In this document: positions 9,613 to 19,767 of the stretch, piece after piece | Layout: each line of letters opens with the position of its first letter | Numbering within the stretch: the first letter of the stretch is position 1 | Assembly (NCBI GenBank): GCA_046881895.1 | Contig: JBKSMR010000012.1 | Location: forward strand, 1 to 62,225 | Source of the DNA: Alphaproteobacteria bacterium | GTDB lineage: Bacteria; Pseudomonadota; Alphaproteobacteria; Rs-D84 | DNA length: 62,225 nucleotides | Direction of reading: 5' to 3' | Made by a program: the position numbers and the translations under genes | The notes under the pieces: model-generated | Seen by the model: only the letters and a program-made list of their open reading frames with translations | The model's database searches: none | What the model was told of the DNA's origin: nothing

Positions 9613-10869
9613 ATGCATCGTATTACAATCTCTGTATTGTCTGTTTTTGTTATATTGCCTGCGTTTGCCAGTGCAAAATTGCCTGTTGTAAATATTGCTT
9701 CGGGCGGTGTTTCTGCACGTGATGCCTTTGGAGAAAGCGTTACAACACCTGTAAAGAAAGTTACCTCAACACGTAAAAAACAGGTTGTTGCACGTATGGC
9801 AGATGTGTCATCTCAACCAAAGATTGCGGACAAAGGTTCTGAAATTATTGCTTCAAATGATATTTTAGTGCCACATCGTCCAAGTTCTGATTTGTGGGCG
9901 AAAAATGATATTGCGTTACGTATGCCTAATCCTAGCGAGTTTTCTGTATATCGTACAGACGCCCTTTTACCAGAGGAGAGAATTGACCAAACACGTGCAT
10001 CTGCAACAGCTGTTGAACCGGTATTGCCAACAGTAACTGCATCGGTCGCGGGTGATGTTCCTGAAATGGATGCTCGGATTGCACGTTTGGTTGATTTGCA
10101 AAGACGTGCCGAAGAAAGTGTTCGTAATATTTCGCCACGTGTGATTGCTGCACCTGTTGCAGTGGCTAAAACAGAACCGGTTGTTGCTGTTGATGTTGCA
10201 CCGAAAACTGATGGTGTGTCATTGCGTCAAATGGTTGTTGATATGGATACAGATGATGTTGTAACGCGTCCTGTTGAACGTGGTTTGTCTTCTCGTGTTG
10301 CAACTGTTCGTGATGATATGTCTAAGATGACGCCAAATGAATTGCGTCAGGCGTTCAGAAAAACTTTCTTGTCAGAAAATAAACACTTGTCTACATACCC
10401 AGTAGATGGACGTTATGATGTTGCTAGTGATATGTCGTCCAGTATCGAAGGTTTTACAGCCAAGGCTGATTTGTCCGAAGGAAACGATATACGCCCAATG
10501 GAAATCAAAATAAAATTCCGTGAAGATGATTCTGCATTGTCACGTGCAAATTATAATTTGCTGACAGAATTTGCGGGCATTGTTGTAAATAAACCTACAC
10601 GTGCAGTTCAAGTTGCTATTCCTCAGTATATGACGCAGGATGCAGATTTGAAAAAAATTGCGGCACGTCGTTTGGCGATAATAGAACAGGTTTTGGTTGA
10701 TAACGGTGTTGCAAAACAAAGAGTTGTTCCTGTATTGTCTAATCGTAAAGAGTCGGGTTTTGTTTTGCGTATAATCTCTGGCGATCAGTACGATACGATG
10801 ACAGAGCAAAAACGTGATATTTTTGGTGACAGTATCGGAAAAAAATCCTATAAAAGTATGTCGTGGTAA
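9613..10869 (+). CDS. secreted hypothetical protein with weak OmpA/MotB-like C-terminal region
   Basis: SD aggaaaggaa then ATG 9613. Signal peptide MHRITISVLSVFVILPAFASA. The C-terminal 100 aa only loosely resemble an OmpA_C pattern. Confidence 0.55.
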   Translation: MHRITISVLSVFVILPAFASAKLPVVNIASGGVSARDAFGESVTTPVKKVTSTRKKQVVARMADVSSQPKIADKGSEIIASNDILVPHRPSSDLWAKNDIALRMPNPSEFSVYRTDALLPEERIDQTRASATAVEPVLPTVTASVAGDVPEMDARIARLVDLQRRAEESVRNISPRVIAAPVAVAKTEPVVAVDVAPKTDGVSLRQMVVDMDTDDVVTRPVERGLSSRVATVRDDMSKMTPNELRQAFRKTFLSENKHLSTYPVDGRYDVASDMSSSIEGFTAKADLSEGNDIRPMEIKIKFREDDSALSRANYNLLTEFAGIVVNKPTRAVQVAIPQYMTQDADLKKIAARRLAIIEQVLVDNGVAKQRVVPVLSNRKESGFVLRIISGDQYDTMTEQKRDIFGDSIGKKSYKSMSW

Positions 10870-11585
10870 AGGTATTAAAATCTGTTATTGAGTTTTTATT
10901 TCCGCCGGCGTGTCCATTATGTGATACGCCGGTGTCAACACATGGTGAATTATGTGCGGATTGTTGGGTTGCGATAAATTGGATTGATAATCCAAAGTGT
11001 GCAAAGTGTGGATATCCTTTTCCAGCAGATTTAGATTTGGGTGGTACTCCATTGTGTCCAACGTGTGCGTCTGGTAATTGTGAACTGGACTGGATACGTT
11101 CTGCGTGTGTATATGATGATGTATCGCGTTCTGCAATGTTGCCGTTTAAACATGGTGGTCGTGTTTCTTATTCTTGTTTTATGTCGCGTGCGATGATTTG
11201 GGCAATGCGTGATATCGATGTTGATGTTGATATTGTTATGCCTGTGCCGTTGGCAAATAGACGTTTGTTTAAGCGTGGTTATAATCAGGCGACACTACTT
11301 GCAAAGCCTATTGCAAGAATGTTGGGCGTTGGTATGGATTTGGATTCTGTTCGTCGTATTTATCGGTCTGATATGGGGCATAAAAATGCACGTCAACGCA
11401 GAGAAAATATTCATGGTGTATTTAATGTTGTAAAACCAGATATGATTCGGGGTAAAAGAATTTTGCTGGTTGATGATGTTATGACGACGGGTGCAACGTT
11501 TTCTGAATTACGGCGTGTTTTGATGCGTGCTGGTGCGGTTGCTGTATATGGCGTGACGTTTTGTCGTGTTGTTCGTGCGATTTAA
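10863..11585 (+). CDS. comF: ComF-family protein (phosphoribosyltransferase domain with N-terminal Zn-ribbon)
   Basis: CPLC...CADC Cys pairs, plus the C-terminal PRTase motif ILLVDDVMTTGAT. Confidence 0.8.
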   Translation: MVKVLKSVIEFLFPPACPLCDTPVSTHGELCADCWVAINWIDNPKCAKCGYPFPADLDLGGTPLCPTCASGNCELDWIRSACVYDDVSRSAMLPFKHGGRVSYSCFMSRAMIWAMRDIDVDVDIVMPVPLANRRLFKRGYNQATLLAKPIARMLGVGMDLDSVRRIYRSDMGHKNARQRRENIHGVFNVVKPDMIRGKRILLVDDVMTTGATFSELRRVLMRAGAVAVYGVTFCRVVRAI

Positions 11586-11956
11586 TATTCAAATTCTTTT
11601 GTTTTGTTCGTAAAAGTACGCAAGAACATATTTTTTTGTGCGTTTATTTCTTGCAGTTTAACTTTGTCAGAGCACTTTTTTAAAATCATTAAAAAGTCTT
11701 GTGCCAAAGTATCGTCTTTTTGAATCTGTTGATTTAATGACAGTGTTATTTTGTATATAGGGAATGTCTGTAAAAATATTTCGTATTCGCACCAAATATC
11801 ATTGGGGGTTGAATGTGAATATCTAGTTGTTAGTATAAAATCGTAGTCACTGATATTGTTGCCGATGACATATGCACTATGGCCTCCTCCTGATATCGAA
11901 TTTACAAAGGATGTTCTTATTAGGTATAAAATATAGTCTTTTAAATCTGAATCCAT
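11582..11956 (-). CDS. hypothetical acidic protein (124 aa)
   Basis: ORF preceded by a near-consensus promoter placed so close that the mRNA would be leaderless or nearly so. Confidence 0.45.
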   Translation of the reverse strand: MDSDLKDYILYLIRTSFVNSISGGGHSAYVIGNNISDYDFILTTRYSHSTPNDIWCEYEIFLQTFPIYKITLSLNQQIQKDDTLAQDFLMILKKCSDKVKLQEINAQKNMFLRTFTNKTKEFEY

Positions 11957-11964
11957 AATGGTGG

Positions 11965-11992
11965 ATTATAGTACAGTGGTAATGTTTGTCAA
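11965..11992 (-). promoter_or_regulatory. sigma70-type promoter (TTGACA-16 nt-TATAAT)
   Basis: Minus strand reads ttgaca aacattaccactgtac tataat ccaccatt ATG. Confidence 0.5.
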
Positions 11993-12007
11993 TAAAAATA
12001 AGATAAA

Positions 12008-12032
12008 ATAAAAAAACCGCCATTTGGCGGAT
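12008..12032 (-). terminator. Rho-independent terminator after rpmH
   Basis: Minus strand reads ccgcc-aaat-ggcgg followed by a T run. Confidence 0.7.
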
Positions 12033-12036
12033 TTGT

Positions 12037-12189
12037 TTAGTTTGCTGCTGTTGTAGCCAATCTTTTACGACCACATGCACGACGACGATTCAATACGTCG
12101 CGGCCACCAGCTGTTGCCATTCTTGCACGAAAACCATGTGTGCGAACACGGCGTGTTTTTGATGGTTGATATGTACGTTTTGTTGCCAT
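12037..12189 (-). CDS. rpmH: 50S ribosomal protein L34
   Basis: Not in the ORF track because it is under 60 aa. Minus-strand translation is [50 protein letters not shown], a classic L34. Confidence 0.9.
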   Translation of the reverse strand: MATKRTYQPSKTRRVRTHGFRARMATAGGRDVLNRRRACGRKRLATTAAN

Positions 12190-12558
12190 GACTTATGTCC
12201 TTAAGTTTCTTTATTTGTTTCTTTTTGCTTCCACTATGTTCGAGCAGCATCATAAACACTGTGGAAAAAATCCGTTCGTGCGTATATTTAACCACAGGTT
12301 TTACAAAAACGCAACCTTTTTATTTAGATTTTATTAAACCGACTTGTTTTAAGCCTTCTATAATCATATAGTAGGTAAAAACGTATACGAAAAGTTTCCA
12401 AAAAGGTAAAAACATAATATTTGTCCTTGTGATGTTTTGTTGGGTGTATTATAAACACAAAGTATTATTTTGTCAATGAGTTTTTTTAAGTTTATTTCTT
12501 GACCAAAAGTGCAAAAATCTGCTATGTTTTATATGTGAAAAACTTAGGGAAAGGTACT

Positions 12559-15294
12559 ATGTCTGAAAATATAAATGAAGTAAATGAAATCCGCGTTCCT
12601 CAGTCGTCTTTGGAACATGAAATGCGTACCAGTTTTTTGGACTATGCGATGTCGGTTATTGTTGATCGTGCATTGCCAGATGTTCGTGACGGGTGTAAGC
12701 CTGTACATCGCAGAATTCTGTACGTTATGAATGATGTTGCACCTGCAACAAAACCGACTGTTAAATCTGCTCGTATCGTCGGTGATGTTATGGGTAAATA
12801 CCATCCACATGGTGACAGTTCTATATACGAAGCGATGGTTCGTATGGGACAGGATTTTTCAATGGGAGAAATGTTGGTCCAAGGTCAGGGTAACTTTGGT
12901 TCACGTGACGGGGACAAGGCTGCCGCTATGCGTTATACAGAGGCACGCCTTTCAAAGTTGGGTGCATCTTTGATGGATGATATGGATAAAGATACTGTTG
13001 ATTGGCAACCAAACTTTGATGGTTCGTTACAAGAACCGGTGGTTCTGCCAGCAAAATTCCCAAATTTCTTGGTAAATGGTGGTTCTGGTATTGCTGTGGG
13101 TATGGCGACAAATGTTCCGACTTATAATCTGGGTGAAATTTGCAATGGTATTTTGGCGATATTGGATAACAAAGATATTTCTGATGATGAATTGTTTACA
13201 ATTATCCCAGGGCCAGATTTCCCAACAGGTGCAATGATTATGGGACATGCAGGTGCGTACAAGGCACATACTACAGGTCGTGGTTCTATTATTGTTCGTG
13301 CAAAAACACATACCGAAGATTTCCGTGATCATACAGCAATCATCGTTGATGAGATTCCTTATCAAGTCAACAAGGCACAAATGATTATCAAAATTGCAGA
13401 ACTGATAAAAGACAAAAGAATCGAAGGTATTTCTGAAATTCGTGACGAATCATCCAAGGAAGGGTTGCGTATTGTTATTGAACTGAAACGTGATGCAATT
13501 GCCGAAGTGGTATTAAATCATTTGTTCCAATATACAGAAATGCAGACCAGTTTCCCTGTAAATATGATGGCATTGAATCGTGGCCGTCCAATGTTGTTCA
13601 ATGTTCGTGGTGTGCTTGATTCGTTTATTGAATTCAGGGCCGAAGTTATTCGTCGTCGTACAATATTTGATTTGAACAAGGCTCGTAATCGTGCACATAC
13701 ATTGCTGGGCTTGTCTGTTGCGGTTGGCAACTTGGACGATGTTATTGAACTGATTAAATCCAGTCCAAACCCAGAGGCTGCACGCGAAGCACTGATTGCA
13801 CGTGGATGGCGTGCAAGTGATATTGAATCATACATTCAATTGATTGACGATCCAAATACAGAATACAAAGATGGTATGTTCTATATGTCCGAAGATCAGG
13901 CACGTGCAATTTTGGAATTGCAATTGCATCGTTTGACAGGGCTGGAACGTGACAAGATACATGATGATTTGACATCTTTGGGTGCAACGATTCGTGATTT
14001 GTTAGATATCTTGGGTAGTTATGAAAGAATAGTTCAGATTATCCGCGATGAAACAACAGCTGTGCGTGATAATTGGGCATCGCCACGTCGTACAGAAATT
14101 TCTGATGCAGAAATTGATATAGATATCGAAGATTTGATTGCACGTGAAGATATGGTTGTAACTGTATCTAATACAGGCTATATCAAGCGCGTTGCATTAG
14201 ATACATATCGTGCCCAGAAACGTGGTGGCAAAGGACGTAATGCAATGGCAACAAAAGAAGATGATTATGTCGTTCAGGTATTTGTTGCAAATACACATAC
14301 GCCATTATTGTTCTTTAGCTCTAAGGGATTATGCTATAAATTAAAGACATATAAGTTACCAGAAGCAGCCGCTGCGGCCAAGGGACGTCCGCTGATAAAT
14401 CTGTTGCCTTTGGCACAGGGTGAAACAATTACTGCTATTTTGCCGGTGCCAGAAGAAGATGTGGAACGTGTCAAAGAATCAGGCAAAGAACATTTCTTGA
14501 TGTTCGCAACTGCGTCTGGTACAGTTCGTCGTAACCGTATGAGTGACTTTGATTCAATACGCAGCAATGGTAAGATTGCGATGAAGTTGGACGAGGGCGA
14601 CAGTTTGATTTCTGTTCTGCCATGTACAGAAGAACAAGATGTATTCTTGACGACATATCGTGGTCGTGCAATTCGTTTTGCTGTTCCAGAAATTCGTGTA
14701 TTTGCTGGCCGTAATTCTACAGGCGTTCGTGGTATAACATTGGGCAAAGACGACAGAATTATTGGTATGGCAATGTTAAATCATGGTGAATCTGATTCTG
14801 CTGTTCGTGCGGCCTATATCAAACAATCACGTGCAGCACGTCGTGCAGAAACAGGAATCGAAGAAGAAGCGTCTGCTGACGAAGAAGAAACAACACTTGT
14901 GCTGGACGATGCAAAAATGGCACAGATGGCAGAACGTGAAGAGTTTATCTTGACGATTTCTGAAAATGGATTTGGTAAACGTACCAGCTCTTATGAATAT
15001 CGTTTGACACATCGTGGTGGTGGTGGATTTGCAAATATCAAACTGGGTGGTAAAAATACCGCTGTTGCAGGTTCTTTCCCTGTTACAGATGGTCAAGATG
15101 TTATTATGGTGACAGACGGTGGTAAGATAATCCGTACACCTGTACATGATGTTCGTATCGCAGGTCGTTCAACCGCAGGTGTAACATTATTCCGCACTGC
15201 CGAAAATGAAAAAGTTGTATCTGCAATCGCGATTGAGGGTGCGTCTGACGAAGAAGAAATTCCAACAGATGCAACAGAATCTGTTGCAGAATAA
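12559..15294 (+). CDS. gyrA: DNA gyrase subunit A
   Basis: Canonical GyrA N-terminus ([43 protein letters not shown]) and C-terminal beta-pinwheel repeats. Start set at ATG 12559 after agggaaagg. Confidence 0.97.
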   Translation: MSENINEVNEIRVPQSSLEHEMRTSFLDYAMSVIVDRALPDVRDGCKPVHRRILYVMNDVAPATKPTVKSARIVGDVMGKYHPHGDSSIYEAMVRMGQDFSMGEMLVQGQGNFGSRDGDKAAAMRYTEARLSKLGASLMDDMDKDTVDWQPNFDGSLQEPVVLPAKFPNFLVNGGSGIAVGMATNVPTYNLGEICNGILAILDNKDISDDELFTIIPGPDFPTGAMIMGHAGAYKAHTTGRGSIIVRAKTHTEDFRDHTAIIVDEIPYQVNKAQMIIKIAELIKDKRIEGISEIRDESSKEGLRIVIELKRDAIAEVVLNHLFQYTEMQTSFPVNMMALNRGRPMLFNVRGVLDSFIEFRAEVIRRRTIFDLNKARNRAHTLLGLSVAVGNLDDVIELIKSSPNPEAAREALIARGWRASDIESYIQLIDDPNTEYKDGMFYMSEDQARAILELQLHRLTGLERDKIHDDLTSLGATIRDLLDILGSYERIVQIIRDETTAVRDNWASPRRTEISDAEIDIDIEDLIAREDMVVTVSNTGYIKRVALDTYRAQKRGGKGRNAMATKEDDYVVQVFVANTHTPLLFFSSKGLCYKLKTYKLPEAAAAAKGRPLINLLPLAQGETITAILPVPEEDVERVKESGKEHFLMFATASGTVRRNRMSDFDSIRSNGKIAMKLDEGDSLISVLPCTEEQDVFLTTYRGRAIRFAVPEIRVFAGRNSTGVRGITLGKDDRIIGMAMLNHGESDSAVRAAYIKQSRAARRAETGIEEEASADEEETTLVLDDAKMAQMAEREEFILTISENGFGKRTSSYEYRLTHRGGGGFANIKLGGKNTAVAGSFPVTDGQDVIMVTDGGKIIRTPVHDVRIAGRSTAGVTLFRTAENEKVVSAIAIEGASDEEEIPTDATESVAE

Positions 15295-15309
15295 TATCGG
15301 AGATAAATC

Positions 15310-15711
15310 GTGGAAAATAAAGAGTATTTTTCATCCATAAACGATGTGTCGAAACGTTTAAACGTTCCGGCACATACGTTGCGATATTGGGAAAAGCAGT
15401 TTCCGTCCGCGATAAAACCAACCACTGGTGCTGGGGGACGCAGATATTATCGTGCAGAAACAGTTGATAAGTTATTCGTTATCAAAGACTTGTTGTACAC
15501 GCATGGTATGACAATCGCAGGTGTAAAAAAGATGTTGCGTGATGGTAATTTACCATCTGTGCCACAACAGTTTATGGCTGAAAATATTTCTGTATCAGCA
15601 CCAGCAGCGACTGCTGTAGTTGCGGATGTTCCGCAACAGCCGTCGATAAATAATTCTGATATTGATATGGCAATAAGTTTTTTGGAATTGGCACGTAATT
15701 TATTGCAATAA
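15310..15711 (+). CDS. MerR-family transcriptional regulator
   Basis: HTH region VSKRLNVPAHTLRYWEKQF...GGRRYY. GTG start. Confidence 0.8.
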   Translation: MENKEYFSSINDVSKRLNVPAHTLRYWEKQFPSAIKPTTGAGGRRYYRAETVDKLFVIKDLLYTHGMTIAGVKKMLRDGNLPSVPQQFMAENISVSAPAATAVVADVPQQPSINNSDIDMAISFLELARNLLQ

Positions 15712-15734
15712 AAATCCCCTGTCGGGGATTTTTT
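15710..15734. terminator. bidirectional hairpin terminator
   Basis: aaaaatcccc-tgtc-ggggatttttt between convergent genes. Confidence 0.75.
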
Positions 15735-17457
15735 ATATCATCATTCTTTCTGTAATTTGCTGTTGAACATATGCGTCTTCACTGTTATACAGTGGCCAGT
15801 TTCCATGTGCCAGTTCTTTCATAGATGTCAGTGGCTGATTTAATCTGGCACGATACAACCACAGATTTGATATTACACGCTTTATATAACTGCGTGTTTC
15901 ATATGCAGGAAAACTTTCGATATATAACAATGGGTCATATGTATAAAAAGCTTTTTCAAATTTAACTACTGTTCCCATGCCTGCGTTATATGCGGCCAGC
16001 ATTTTTATAATGCTGTTTTCAATGTTTTGATGTTGTAACAAATCAACAATATATTGCTGACCCAAGAACATATTGTGTTCAGGATTTGACATATCCATTT
16101 GTGAAAAATCAACCTTGTTTTCACGTGCAACGCGTTTGGCGGTGCTTGGCATGATTTGCATAACGCCATTTGCACCAGCACCAGATTGTGCCGTTGTTCT
16201 AAAATTGCTTTCTTGTTTGGTTATTGCGAACAGTAATGCACGGTCAATTGACCAGCCGCCCATTGGTTCCCAGTCAGGTAATGGATATTGTGCAGAATAG
16301 ATAATGTTGTCGTCAATTTCCAAAATGCCGCGGTCTTTGATTACGCTGGCAGATTGCACAGAAACGCGTGGCATATTATATTCAGATGCCAATGAATTGA
16401 CTGCGTGTAACACCCTGTCGGATGCTTTTGGTGTGATTAGATAACGCAGGTATTCTTCGGCCCTGTCTTTGCGGCCGATTTGCAGTAATGCCAACGCCAT
16501 TTTTCCGTATTTTGTATTTGCCAGTTCTGCAATATCTTCTTCTGTTGCATTGTTTTCAAAGAATTCATATTTCGGTTGTTGCCCCAACATTGTTGCAGAT
16601 AACGCCCCATAGAAAGCCATTGGGTATGTTGCTGCAACACGCCAGTATCTTTTTGCGTTTTCTGTATCACCTTTGAAGTCAGCTGCACGGCCAGCCCAAA
16701 ATGCTGCCTCGGTCTTGCGGGCATTATTTATTTGCGGCAGTTCCAAAATACGACTGAAATATTTTTGTGATTCGATATAGTTTTCTTCTTTGAAATACAA
16801 TAACCCCATCGCCCACAGACCGTATTCAGAATGTGCGTCAGATGCTACAAATCCCCACTTTTTTGCCAGTTCCATTTCGCCATTTGTATAATACAGATAC
16901 GCCAATCTGCCAGACAGACGACCATAATCAGATTCTGTCAGATTTTTTTTGAGAGATTTATCTTCCAGTATTTGACGAGCTATTTTAGTAGAACCTGTAC
17001 GTATAGCGTTTTTAAATTTGTTAATTTTTTTATCTGTTTTACCTGTATATTTTTTTTCTGTCCATGTTTCAGATTGGGCGGTTTCAATAGATTCAGAACC
17101 ACTAATCATATTTGGGGTTTTTGACTTGCGTACATTTGCTTTTTTTATGGTTGCCAGTTTTTCCATGCGTTTAGCACCAGGCATATCATAGTATTTATTC
17201 ATCCATTGTGCGATTTCTGCACCACGTGTATGATATGTCTTGGAAATATATCTTTGATATAAAACTTCGTTCATTAACAATTGGTCTACGATTTGTGCTT
17301 GGATGTTTGTTGCAGGTGCGATTTTTTCATTGTCTTGCAACAGGAAAATCTGCTTATACAAACCTGCATCCATATCGGATAATATTTGTGGCAAATTTGC
17401 CGCCATTGCAATTGGCGATACAAGAATAGCTGTTAAAAAGGCCAAGATTTTTTTCAT
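15733..17457 (-). CDS. slt: soluble lytic murein transglycosylase (Slt70-like)
   Basis: Signal peptide, helical repeat region, and SLT catalytic motif AITKQESNFRTTAQSGAGANGVMQIMPSTA. Confidence 0.85.
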   Translation of the reverse strand: MKKILAFLTAILVSPIAMAANLPQILSDMDAGLYKQIFLLQDNEKIAPATNIQAQIVDQLLMNEVLYQRYISKTYHTRGAEIAQWMNKYYDMPGAKRMEKLATIKKANVRKSKTPNMISGSESIETAQSETWTEKKYTGKTDKKINKFKNAIRTGSTKIARQILEDKSLKKNLTESDYGRLSGRLAYLYYTNGEMELAKKWGFVASDAHSEYGLWAMGLLYFKEENYIESQKYFSRILELPQINNARKTEAAFWAGRAADFKGDTENAKRYWRVAATYPMAFYGALSATMLGQQPKYEFFENNATEEDIAELANTKYGKMALALLQIGRKDRAEEYLRYLITPKASDRVLHAVNSLASEYNMPRVSVQSASVIKDRGILEIDDNIIYSAQYPLPDWEPMGGWSIDRALLFAITKQESNFRTTAQSGAGANGVMQIMPSTAKRVARENKVDFSQMDMSNPEHNMFLGQQYIVDLLQHQNIENSIIKMLAAYNAGMGTVVKFEKAFYTYDPLLYIESFPAYETRSYIKRVISNLWLYRARLNQPLTSMKELAHGNWPLYNSEDAYVQQQITERMMI

Positions 17458-17463
17458 AATTTA

Positions 17464-17964
17464 TCAGAACAGCGAATTTTTTGGCAATTTGCATACAATT
17501 GCATCTTCTTCATCTTCTGGTATTTTATCTATAATCTTTTTAAAGTCAGAAATGCGTGAGAATTTACGATATACGGAAACAAATCGTACAAACGCAATTG
17601 GGTCCAGATTCAACAAAGAATCAGATACCATTTGTCCAACCTGTGAACTGCTTACCGTATCATCAGCTGTTTCGGTTTCAAGACGACGGTGAATAGATGT
17701 TACCAGCTTTTCGATTTGTTCATCGCCGACATCGCGATTTCTGCATGCCAGTTTAATGCTGCGACGCAGTTTTTCGCGGTCAAAAGCCTCTAACTTGCCG
17801 CTGTTTTTGCGAACCATCAGGTCGCGCATTTGAATGCGTTCAACAGTTGTGAATTTTGCACCACACTGTTCGCACACGCGGCGACGACGAATAATTGCGT
17901 CTTCGGTATCCGGACGCGAATCTGTGACACGACTGTCAGTAGAATTACAATATGGACATCTCAT
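17464..17964 (-). CDS. nrdR: transcriptional repressor NrdR
   Basis: MRCPYCNSTDSRVTDSR...CEQCGAKFTT zinc ribbon followed by an ATP-cone. Start set at the internal Met. Confidence 0.95.
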   Translation of the reverse strand: MRCPYCNSTDSRVTDSRPDTEDAIIRRRRVCEQCGAKFTTVERIQMRDLMVRKNSGKLEAFDREKLRRSIKLACRNRDVGDEQIEKLVTSIHRRLETETADDTVSSSQVGQMVSDSLLNLDPIAFVRFVSVYRKFSRISDFKKIIDKIPEDEEDAIVCKLPKNSLF

Positions 17965-18132
17965 AATGATACATAGGTTAGCAATCAAATCCGTGCTTGG
18001 CAAGTATATTTTAAGCAACGAAAAATAGTGATTTTTATAAAAATCAAGTGCTTTATTTGAAAAAAAATCATGAAACGCGAAATTTTATGCTTGGAAATAT
18101 GGTAAAATATATACACAGGGACAGTTGGAGAG

Positions 18133-19233
18133 ATGAACAAATACCTTAATCAGATTTTATTGGGTGATTGTCTGGAAATAATGCAAGGTATTCCAGATGC
18201 GTCTGTTGACGCGGTGTTTGCGGACCCTCCATATAATTTACAATTGGGTGCAAAAACATTGTACAGACCCGAAGATCAAACAGCTGCCCGTGCAGTGCGT
18301 GATTCATGGGATTCTTTTGAATCAAACACCCAGTATGATGAATTTACCCGTGCATGGTTGGCAGAATGCAAACGCGTGTTAAAGCCAAATGGTGCCATGT
18401 GGACAATTGGCAGTTATCATAACATTTTCCGCGTTGGCAGTATTTTGCAAGATATGGGATTTTGGATTTTAAATGACGTTGTTTGGGTCAAGACGAATCC
18501 GATGCCGAACTTTCGCGGTACACGCTTTACCAACGCACATGAAACATTGATTTGGGCTACGCCGACCAAGACAGGAAAATATACTTTTAATTATGAAACG
18601 ATGAAGAAGTTAAATGGTGGCAAACAAATGCGTTCAGATTGGGATTTAAATATCTGTCTGGGCGAAGAACGTGTCAAAGACAGCAATGGGAAAAGTTTGC
18701 ACAACACGCAAAAGCCATTGGATTTATTACATCGTGTAATATTGGCGTCGACCAAGCCTGGTGATGTTATATTGGATCCATTTATGGGGTCTGGCACAAC
18801 GGCTGCTGCGGCGATTGAGCTGGGACGCCAGTTTATCGGTATTGAACGTGAAGAAGCTTATGTAGATGCTGCACGTAACAGAATTGCAAATGTAAAGCCA
18901 ATAGATTTGTCAGATATCGAAGTATCAAAGCCAAAACGCGATGAAGTACGTGTGGCCTTCAAAGAATTGATAGATGCGGGTTTGTTGTTTGTTGGTCAAA
19001 CATTGGTCAGCCCACGTGGCGAACGTGTGATGATAACGCACGATGGGCAATTAACGCATCAGTTATATGGCAAGGCGTCAATTCATGTTATGGCAGCAAA
19101 ATTACAACGCAGTGTCAGCTTTAATGGCTGGGATTATTGGTCTGCCCAGAAACATGACGGAACATTAGTTCCAATTGACGAATTGCGTCAATATATCAGA
19201 CGTATCAAGTCAGATATGAAACAAGCCGCATAA
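18133..19233 (+). CDS. ccrM: CcrM-type N6-adenine DNA methyltransferase
   Basis: DPPYN motif, FMGSGTT AdoMet motif, and the about 80-aa C-terminal extension typical of alphaproteobacterial CcrM. Confidence 0.88.
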   Translation: MNKYLNQILLGDCLEIMQGIPDASVDAVFADPPYNLQLGAKTLYRPEDQTAARAVRDSWDSFESNTQYDEFTRAWLAECKRVLKPNGAMWTIGSYHNIFRVGSILQDMGFWILNDVVWVKTNPMPNFRGTRFTNAHETLIWATPTKTGKYTFNYETMKKLNGGKQMRSDWDLNICLGEERVKDSNGKSLHNTQKPLDLLHRVILASTKPGDVILDPFMGSGTTAAAAIELGRQFIGIEREEAYVDAARNRIANVKPIDLSDIEVSKPKRDEVRVAFKELIDAGLLFVGQTLVSPRGERVMITHDGQLTHQLYGKASIHVMAAKLQRSVSFNGWDYWSAQKHDGTLVPIDELRQYIRRIKSDMKQAA

Positions 19234-19258
19234 AAAATCCCCATTTGGGGATTTTTTT
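19233..19258 (+). terminator. Rho-independent terminator after ccrM
   Basis: aaaaaatcccc-attt-ggggattttttt. Confidence 0.8.
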
Positions 19259-19317
19259 ATTTCCATCCACAGGCGGGGAATTTGCCTGCGATGGGCGTGA
19301 CGGAGTTTTTGGGTTAA

Positions 19318-19390
19318 AAGTTCCCCTCCGACGCCGGGGCGTTCCGCCCCCGCGGGGAGGGGTGGCCGCAGGCCGGGGTTGGTTTCCCCT
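19318..19390. repeat. GC-rich hairpin-forming mini-element
   Basis: cccctcc ... ggagggg and gccggggc/gcccccgc self-complementarity. GC content is far above the surroundings. Confidence 0.5.
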
Positions 19391-19391
19391 T

Positions 19392-19484
19392 GTCATTGCG
19401 AGCGAACGCAGTGAAGCGTGGCAATCCAGTAATAAAGCCAAATAAAACTGGATTGCCGCGGTCGTTACACTCCCTCGCAATGAC
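19392..19484. repeat. palindromic intergenic element (gtcattgcgag...ctcgcaatgac type)
   Basis: Outer arms gtcattgcgag / ctcgcaatgac and inner arms ggcaatccag / ctggattgcc surround an AT-rich loop. Its translation gives the IASERSEAWQS / SLRSLAMT-type peptides typical of this repeat class. Confidence 0.6.
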
Positions 19485-19522
19485 AAAGCGGAATAAGTCC
19501 TGGTCAGCAGGCACAGGGGAAT

Positions 19523-19621
19523 TTGGTTTGCGTCACGAGATTCGCCGTTGTCCAGCAATGTACAGGAAGGTATTGGCCTGTCATACGAAGCCTTGGCGAA
19601 GTATGGCACTCCCAACGGGAA
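19523..19621. repeat. direct repeat copy 1, including an 18-nt pseudo 3' end of tRNA-Glu
   Basis: 36 nt plus 49 nt are identical to 19669-19767, with a 14-nt divergent core. It ends with tggcactcccaacgggaa, which equals the tRNA-Glu 3' end. Confidence 0.85.
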
Positions 19622-19668
19622 ACCGAGAGAACAAAAACCCTGTGAGTTGCGTTATTAGCAACGAACAG

Positions 19669-19767
19669 TTGGTTTGCGTCACGAGATTCGCCGTTGTCCA
19701 GCAAAATATAGGAAAGCGTTGGCCTGTCATACGAAGCCTTGGCGAAGTATGGCACTCCCAACGGGAA
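19669..19767. repeat. direct repeat copy 2, overlapping the authentic tRNA-Glu 3' end
   Basis: See copy 1. The repeat period is 146 bp. Confidence 0.85.

Noticed and set aside
12065-12295. 76-aa track ORF on the minus strand
   Set aside because: It is the wrong frame over the rpmH locus. The L34 frame (12037-12189) gives a canonical L34 sequence.
12190-12558. Replication origin in the rpmH-gyrA spacer
   Set aside because: Only two imperfect DnaA-box-like 9-mers are present, dnaA is not adjacent, and I saw no AT-rich unwinding repeats. This is insufficient evidence, so it is kept only as a side note.
12544-15425. Numerous antisense or out-of-frame ORFs inside gyrA, the RND pump, virB10, mrcA, yidC and other genes
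   Set aside because: They lie entirely within strongly supported genes on the other strand or frame. They have no SD or family resemblance and are typical shadow ORFs.
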